Assembly: GCA_965228895.1 (NCBI GenBank)
Contig: OZ245842.1
Location: 3,680,001-3,744,000 of the forward strand
Direction: 5' to 3'
From: Alphaproteobacteria bacterium
GTDB taxonomy: Bacteria > Pseudomonadota > Alphaproteobacteria > SP197
Length of the DNA: 64,000 nucleotides
Position numbers and translations under genes: made by a program
The notes under the pieces: model-generated
Databases searched by the model: none
Seen by the model: only the letters and a program-made list of their open reading frames with translations
Told to the model about the DNA's origin: nothing
Part shown: positions 58,710 to 64,000 of the stretch, piece by piece
Numbering within the stretch: position 1 is the stretch's first letter
Layout: each line of letters starts with the position of its first letter

Positions 58710-59552
58710 CTAATCCAGATCGCTCGCCGCGTGGCGTTCGGGCACCTGGTCTTCTTCCGGGCCCCACGTCCGGTTGACCTTGCGGCCCCGTTTCACTGCC
58801 GGGCGGGCCTCAATCTCCTTGGCCCATCGGATGACGTTCTTGTAGGACGCGGCGTCCAGGAACTCCGAGGCGTCATAGGAGTCGTTCAGCACCAGGCCGC
58901 CATACCATGGGTAGTTCGCCATGTCGGCGATGGTGTAGTCGTCGCCGCAGACGAAGCGCCGCTCCGCCAGGTTCCTGTCGAGCACGTCGAGCAGGCGTTT
59001 GGTCTCCATGGTGAAGCGGTCGATGGCGTATTCGATCTTCACCGGCGCATAGGCATAGAAGTGGCCGAAACCGCCGCCCAGATAGGGCGCGCTGCCCATC
59101 TGCCAGAACAGCCACGAAAAACACTCGGCCCGTTCGGCGGGATCGTAGGGCAGGAACGCATCGAACTTTTCGGCGAGATAGAGCAGGATCGCGCCGGATT
59201 CGAAGACGCGTGTCGGCGGCGTCGTGCTGCGGTCGAGCAAGGCCGGGATCTTCGAGTTCGGGTTGATCTCGACAAAGCCGCTGCCGAATTGGTGGCTCTC
59301 GCCGATCTCGATCAGGAAGGCGTCGTATTCGGCGCCGGTTTTGCCAAGCGCCAGGAGTTCCTCCAGCATGATCGTGACCTTGACACCGTTGGGCGTCGCC
59401 AACGAATAGAGCTGGAGCGGATGCTCGCCGACCGGCAACTCTTTTTCGTGCGTCGCACCGGCGATCGGCCGGTTGATGCTGGCCCAGGTGCCGCCGCTTT
59501 CATGTTCCCACTTCCAGACCTTGGGGGGCGTGTAAGATGTTGTTTCGGACAT
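58710..59552 (-). CDS. yghU: Glutathione-dependent disulfide-bond oxidoreductase (nu-class GST)
   Basis: YTPPKVW, INRPIAG, LYSLATPNGVKV, NPNSKIPAL, FESGAIL, WQMGSAPYLGGGFGHFYAYAP. Confidence 0.92.
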   Translation of the reverse strand: MSETTSYTPPKVWKWEHESGGTWASINRPIAGATHEKELPVGEHPLQLYSLATPNGVKVTIMLEELLALGKTGAEYDAFLIEIGESHQFGSGFVEINPNSKIPALLDRSTTPPTRVFESGAILLYLAEKFDAFLPYDPAERAECFSWLFWQMGSAPYLGGGFGHFYAYAPVKIEYAIDRFTMETKRLLDVLDRNLAERRFVCGDDYTIADMANYPWYGGLVLNDSYDASEFLDAASYKNVIRWAKEIEARPAVKRGRKVNRTWGPEEDQVPERHAASDLD

Positions 59553-59779
59553 GCTTATGGCTTTCCACGTTGTGAAGTCGGGTGCGGCAGCGACGGAGGT
59601 CACGCGGTCGTGAGCGAGATGATGACCCGCGCGGATGGAGATATGGGGAGAGTTTAGGCGTGTGCCAGTGCCGGGCCAACCAGCGAGAAGGACAGGGCGT
59701 TTGAGAGCGGCATACGTGTGCTTGCCCGACGGTGCGAACTTGACCAAATATGCATGACGACGAACTTGACTGGTGAACC

Positions 59780-60811
59780 ATGACAACGAAGACAGCGGCT
59801 TCTGTGAATCCCGACACCCCCGCAACGCCGGACGTTCCCGGCACGCGCGGCCGCCTCACCTATGTGGCCCCGGGCGTCAAATCCTCGCTCTTCCGAACCG
59901 GTGACGTGCTGACGCGTCGCGACAAGGACGGCAGCGATGCCGGCACCGAAGGGTTGCTGACCGAAGAGCTGGAGGTTGTCATCCACGATGCGCGGCAACT
60001 GGATGATAGCAAACGCCGCACCATCGAGACCCATGGCTTCGAGATCCTGACCCGGCCCCTTACCGACCCCGACCTCGACTTCTACGATCACCGGCAGATC
60101 GTGACGGCCTATTACCCGGCGTGCGAGGCGATCATACGTAGTGAGACCGGTGCCCAACGCGTGTTTGCCTTTGACCACAACGTCCGTTCGGCCAGCGGCA
60201 AGGAAAGCAACAAACGCACCGCCGGCGGACAGCCGGTGCAGAACCCCATCCACATGGTGCATGGCGACTACACCCTGACCAGCGCACCGCAGCGGCTGCA
60301 TGATCTGGCAAAACCGCCAAGCGCCAACGACACCTTGCGAACGGTCCTGACCGAAGGCGAGACACTGCTCGATCCTCGTTGGGTGCAACATGCCGTGGAG
60401 GACAGCGGACGTTACGCGATCATCAATCTGTGGCGCAGCATCGCGCCCGAACCCGTCGCAACCCACCCGCTGGCATTATGCGACGGCCAAACGGTTCTAC
60501 CCGATGATCTCGTCGTTTTTGAGATTCACTATCACGACCGCATTGGCGAGAACTACTTCGCCAAGCACGCTCCACAGCATGGTTGGTGGTACTATCCGGC
60601 GGCCACCCGCGACGAGGCCGTGCTGATCAAACAATGGGACTCAGCCGGCGCGCTCGCCCGCTCTGGCGGTTCACACTCCGATGCCAGCGCCGGGGACGGC
60701 GATGCACCCTGCACGTTCAGCTTTCACACGGCGTTCAAGGACCCCAACACCCCGCCCGATGCACCAGACCGGCAAAGCATCGAAGTGCGTTGTGTCGTGC
60801 TCTATGACTAA
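59780..60811 (+). CDS. CmcJ/NvfI (AsaB-like) family oxidoreductase
   Basis: I.DAR, HGFE, YY..CE, FDHNVR, VHGDYT, IINLWR, PLALCD, KQWDS, HTAF, RQSIEVR. Confidence 0.85.
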   Translation: MTTKTAASVNPDTPATPDVPGTRGRLTYVAPGVKSSLFRTGDVLTRRDKDGSDAGTEGLLTEELEVVIHDARQLDDSKRRTIETHGFEILTRPLTDPDLDFYDHRQIVTAYYPACEAIIRSETGAQRVFAFDHNVRSASGKESNKRTAGGQPVQNPIHMVHGDYTLTSAPQRLHDLAKPPSANDTLRTVLTEGETLLDPRWVQHAVEDSGRYAIINLWRSIAPEPVATHPLALCDGQTVLPDDLVVFEIHYHDRIGENYFAKHAPQHGWWYYPAATRDEAVLIKQWDSAGALARSGGSHSDASAGDGDAPCTFSFHTAFKDPNTPPDAPDRQSIEVRCVVLYD

Positions 60812-61092
60812 GCAGCAGCCTGCGCCCCATGACGCCCATGCCGCCGCGCTTGCGCGTGCCTCACAGCCTCTTGCAGGTTGAACAGGTATACCAAGCAAAT
60901 CCCAAAGCTACGTGACACATTCGTGTGCCTGGGCAACACCGGCATGACCGAAAGTCCGGCACGGCGCGTCACGCGACACCCAACACCCTGATCTAAAAGG
61001 ACCTTTAGGCGCAGAACACGGGGGTCTTGCTCGACTCCATGGAAATCCATCGAGGTTGGACGGGCAGCGACACGAAACAATCTTCTCGCTGT

Positions 61093-61473
61093 TCAGTCAC
61101 GGGCGATGATCGTCTTCTCGTAATCGATCTCGCCATCGGGCCCGATCAAAGTAATGTCGTCACCATCTAATGCGACGCTCCAGCAACCGTCATTTGACGG
61201 GAACGTCAGCTCGATACAAATCGTATCGTCGACGACGATCCACGTGCCGTCGTAAACGCCGTCGTCCCCTTTCATCGTGATGCTGCCGTCGGGTGCGAAG
61301 TACTCGGTGTACTCATCGCCACCCAGGACCGTGACAAGCAGCGTGCTACCTGCCACAGCCTGCTGGATCTCATCCCCGGAGAGTGTCTTTGCCTGTTCGG
61401 CCTGGGCGGCCGACAGTGCACCGAATGCGCAAAACATCGCCGACGCCAGCGCCATCCGTCTGTGTCTCATCAT
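61093..61473 (-). CDS. Hypothetical secreted protein (DUF995-like beta protein)
   Basis: Signal peptide, LSGDEI..AVAG.T, EYFAPDG, G.W....D.IC...C. Confidence 0.6.
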   Translation of the reverse strand: MMRHRRMALASAMFCAFGALSAAQAEQAKTLSGDEIQQAVAGSTLLVTVLGGDEYTEYFAPDGSITMKGDDGVYDGTWIVVDDTICIELTFPSNDGCWSVALDGDDITLIGPDGEIDYEKTIIARD

Positions 61474-61631
61474 ACTCTTCGCGTCATCGCTTCTATGTCC
61501 GTCGAACCCGTCGTGCGTCTGACCCATGCTATGGGATCGGCACAAACGCGGTCAAACATCCGCACCACAAGGTTCTTACGGAAGAGGGCATCAGCGGGCG
61601 TCGTCGGATCGCGCTTTCCTGCTGGTGTATC

Positions 61632-61916
61632 TTACCCAGAGTCAGCACGCCAGAACTCCACATAAAACCGAACCGGCCCCACAGACGCAATGTGATGAGC
61701 CGTGTCAGGCATGACAACACCGTTCAGACCGGGTTCAAGTACCAGATCCTCTTGCGTCGAGGGAATAACGTAACGAAGGCGTCCAGACACAACATGAATG
61801 ACGCCCCAGACATCCGGCGACAGCTTGTGGTCTCTTAACAGGCCGGCCGGTACGGTGCTCTCGGTAAACTCCGGTGTCTGCTTATAGGGAGTCAGGCCAT
61901 CAGGCAGCGGTTGCAT
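61632..61916 (-). CDS. DUF1971 (TehB N-terminal-like cupin) protein
   Basis: YKQTPEFTE.TVPAGLL.DH, VWG.I.V.SG.L.Y, P...HH, FYVEF. Confidence 0.8.
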   Translation of the reverse strand: MQPLPDGLTPYKQTPEFTESTVPAGLLRDHKLSPDVWGVIHVVSGRLRYVIPSTQEDLVLEPGLNGVVMPDTAHHIASVGPVRFYVEFWRADSG

Positions 61917-62388
61917 GCGTTTTGCTCCCTCTCAACAAACGAATGAAAATCATCACGTGGGTCACCAGCAGCAGCGGAACCAGAAAGGTCGGAATGAACC
62001 AAGTGGCGCCAAAATAGCCAACCGCCTCGGCTTGACGTAAGGCATTCAGCAAATCAACGAAACCGACGATGTTGAAGACCCAGATGAGTGGTGTCGCCAG
62101 ACGACTGCCCCAGTGCAAGAGGCCGAGTGCGATGATGGCAAGCACGGCAGAGAGCAGGTCACCGTAACCAGCGGTTTCCGCAAAGAACGCCGGCACGGCG
62201 CCGACGTTGAGGTTCGGCACGAGGAAGCTCAGCCCGATGTGGCGGAATGCGTGAGGCAAGATCAGGATCGTCAACGCCGTAGATGCTGACTTCGTCGACA
62301 GCCATGGCGCGGTGTACCAGACGGCGATCAGCGTGAACACCAGTAGGCTGAACAAGAACTGAAGTCCAAAGATGGCAACGGGATCCAT
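61900..62388 (-). CDS. Hypothetical membrane protein
   Basis: Hydrophobic helices, HAFR.IGL.FL, YGDL, WVFN.VG..DL, IPTF.VPLL...H. Confidence 0.7.
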   Translation of the reverse strand: MDPVAIFGLQFLFSLLVFTLIAVWYTAPWLSTKSASTALTILILPHAFRHIGLSFLVPNLNVGAVPAFFAETAGYGDLLSAVLAIIALGLLHWGSRLATPLIWVFNIVGFVDLLNALRQAEAVGYFGATWFIPTFLVPLLLVTHVMIFIRLLRGSKTHATAA

Positions 62389-62412
62389 GGTTCATCTCCT
62401 TTTCGATCGTAG

Positions 62413-63090
62413 CTAGCTGACGATCTGAGCCGGGTCGCTCGCAGCCGGGCTAATGCCGCGTTTCAACGCATCGGCGAACGCGTGATTGCGGCTCCGGTGA
62501 CCGGCTTCGTCTTCGCGCACGACGAGCACAACATCGCGCAGGGTCGCATCGGGAGCCAGGCCCCAGTAATCAACGGCAATTGACGGCGCTGGCACATTGG
62601 CCTGAACGCCCGCGTCAATCTGCTCGAGGAAGTGAGTGTAGCTGGCGACGGCTTCTTCCTCAAAGTAGCCGACGATCCGGTGCGCGGTCTTGGGCGCCGT
62701 CAGATAGAGGAAGAAGTAGACATTATAGAACATCGCCTGGGTGGTCATGATGACCATCCTTTCGACGAGTGTTGGTTGCGCAATCTGAACGAAGGTCATC
62801 AGGTGCATTCGTTCGTTTTCTGCTTCGGCCAGAAGCTCACGGACCCAACCTTCATCATCACGGATGTTCCGCAGCGCCTTCAGGTGCTGCAACAGCCCGC
62901 CGACCATGCCGGGAACGGCGGCGACCGTCTCCAGCACAACGGCGCGGTGACCGTATCGATCGGCAAAAAATCGGTCGGCGACGAAGCGCAGCACCTTCAC
63001 AAATCCAAGCGCGATCCTGTCGCTGGCGTCTTCCGGCGCTCTGTGGGCCTCGCCGGTGTCGATTGAATCCTGCATGTTGATGTCGGACAT
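62413..63090 (-). CDS. aox: Alternative oxidase (di-iron ubiquinol oxidase)
   Basis: LETVAAVPGMVGG, EAENERMHL, EEEA..SY, AP.IA.DYW, REDEAGH. Confidence 0.95.
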   Translation of the reverse strand: MSDINMQDSIDTGEAHRAPEDASDRIALGFVKVLRFVADRFFADRYGHRAVVLETVAAVPGMVGGLLQHLKALRNIRDDEGWVRELLAEAENERMHLMTFVQIAQPTLVERMVIMTTQAMFYNVYFFLYLTAPKTAHRIVGYFEEEAVASYTHFLEQIDAGVQANVPAPSIAVDYWGLAPDATLRDVVLVVREDEAGHRSRNHAFADALKRGISPAASDPAQIVS

Positions 63091-63119
63091 GATGCTCTCC
63101 CTTGTGTGCGAAAGACGTG

Positions 63120-63761
63120 TCAGTGAGCAACGGTGAAACGCGCGTTTTTGTGACGGGGCGATTCGGCCTCGTCGATGATCGCGGCGGCAAAATCCTCCAT
63201 GGAGATGGCTGAGTTTCCGTCGGCATCGACCAGCAGAGTGTCGGCGCCGACGCGGTATTGACCGGTGCGATCGCCAGGCATCAACAGTGCGGGCGGACAG
63301 ACATAGGACCAATCCGCGCAGTTTCCTGCCGAAATGAGGTCATACTGCGACTGACAGGCCGTTGCGATCGGCACGACGGCTTCGGGGAGAAAACCGGGTG
63401 CGGTCAGAACGGTATCGCCGCTTTGATCCGGCATCTTCAGGCTCGCCGCGCCGCCGACCACGAGGATGCGCACCGAGGCCCGCGCCGCGGCGTCCAACAG
63501 AGACTGTGTCAGCGGTACGAGCGCATGTTCCCGACCGTCGGGCGGCCTGACGGCGCTTATCGCCAGGTCGTGACCCGCCATCAAGCGGGCGGCCGCGTCG
63601 GTATCCAAGGCATCCGCTACACGCGTGGTCACTGGTGCCGGCAAGAGGTTCGCCTGCGCCGCGTCTCTCACGACGCCTGTAACGCTGTGGTCGCGCGCAA
63701 GCGCCTCCGCGATGACGCGGCTGCCGACGTCGCCTCTTGCGCCAAAAACGATGATCTTCAT
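63120..63761 (-). CDS. NAD(P)-binding oxidoreductase (YwnB/biliverdin reductase B-like)
   Basis: MKIIVFGARGDVG, VVGGAASL, W.Y.CPP, GDRTG.YR.G, ISMEDFA. Confidence 0.88.
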   Translation of the reverse strand: MKIIVFGARGDVGSRVIAEALARDHSVTGVVRDAAQANLLPAPVTTRVADALDTDAAARLMAGHDLAISAVRPPDGREHALVPLTQSLLDAAARASVRILVVGGAASLKMPDQSGDTVLTAPGFLPEAVVPIATACQSQYDLISAGNCADWSYVCPPALLMPGDRTGQYRVGADTLLVDADGNSAISMEDFAAAIIDEAESPRHKNARFTVAH

Positions 63762-63836
63762 GACTGCAAACTCCAACCTAATCAGTTCAGGTTTGCCGGC
63801 GCGACAGGCACGCCGCGCCGGCGCTATGCGGGCGGC

Positions 63837-63998
63837 CTAACCCGTGACCGCCGCGAGATAACGATCGAACGAGGCGTCGACCGCCGCGCGTCCGTCGCCG
63901 ATGATGTTGAGACCCCATGTGTAGCCAAACACATCCTCGAAGGCGTATTCGGCTAGGCGCGAGCGCATCGCGATCACGTCGCTTGTGCGCATCGGGAT
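63837..63998 (-). CDS. 3' end of a probable MBL-fold metallo-hydrolase, truncated by window edge
   Basis: Minus frame IPMRTSDVIAMRSRLAEYAFEDVFGYTWGLNIIGDGRAAVDASFDRYLAAVTG*. Confidence 0.55.
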   Translation of the reverse strand: MPMRTSDVIAMRSRLAEYAFEDVFGYTWGLNIIGDGRAAVDASFDRYLAAVTG

Positions 63999-64000
63999 GA

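Noticed and set aside
60812-61092. Short ORF or regulatory RNA in this intergenic gap
   Set aside because: No motif, RBS or stable structure that I can support
1-64000. CRISPR array, tRNA, rRNA, riboswitch, IS or integrase
   Set aside because: No regularly spaced direct repeats, cloverleaf or recognisable transposase/recombinase motifs seen by eye; a covariance-model search was not possible

Overview
High-GC (about 60-65% by eye) bacterial chromosome segment that looks alphaproteobacterial (REP-like palindromes, Pho box, alphaproteobacterial MetK signature motifs). It holds about 60 tightly packed accessory metabolic genes: amine/amino-acid catabolism (ectoine hydrolase-like M24 peptidase, TMADH/histamine dehydrogenase-family flavoprotein, flavin amine oxidase, DadA-like dehydrogenase, two Rieske-type proteins, glutamine synthetase-family ligase), a Pho-box-controlled aminophosphonate-type ABC transporter, a gtr-like glycosylation cassette, alternative oxidase and many regulators. 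I saw no rRNA, tRNA, CRISPR array, transposase or integrase. The standout is a roughly 2.7 kb lower-GC insert (about 16191-18915) bracketed by a duplicated 3' end of an old-yellow-enzyme gene. Its single gene encodes a full MetK (SAM synthetase) fold with the triphosphate/Mg-binding residues selectively replaced, fused to a roughly 280-aa helical/coiled-coil C-terminal region. This is a candidate SAM-sensor or MetK-decoy system, possibly anti-phage (inference). Other notable items: a second 'gene - cargo - duplicated gene 3' end' scar, a Rieske-oxygenase homolog that has lost its 2Fe-2S ligands, and a divergent pair of TolB-N/TPR proteins carrying a dead cyclase and a kinase-like domain. All assignments come from motif recognition by eye; no database search was run.
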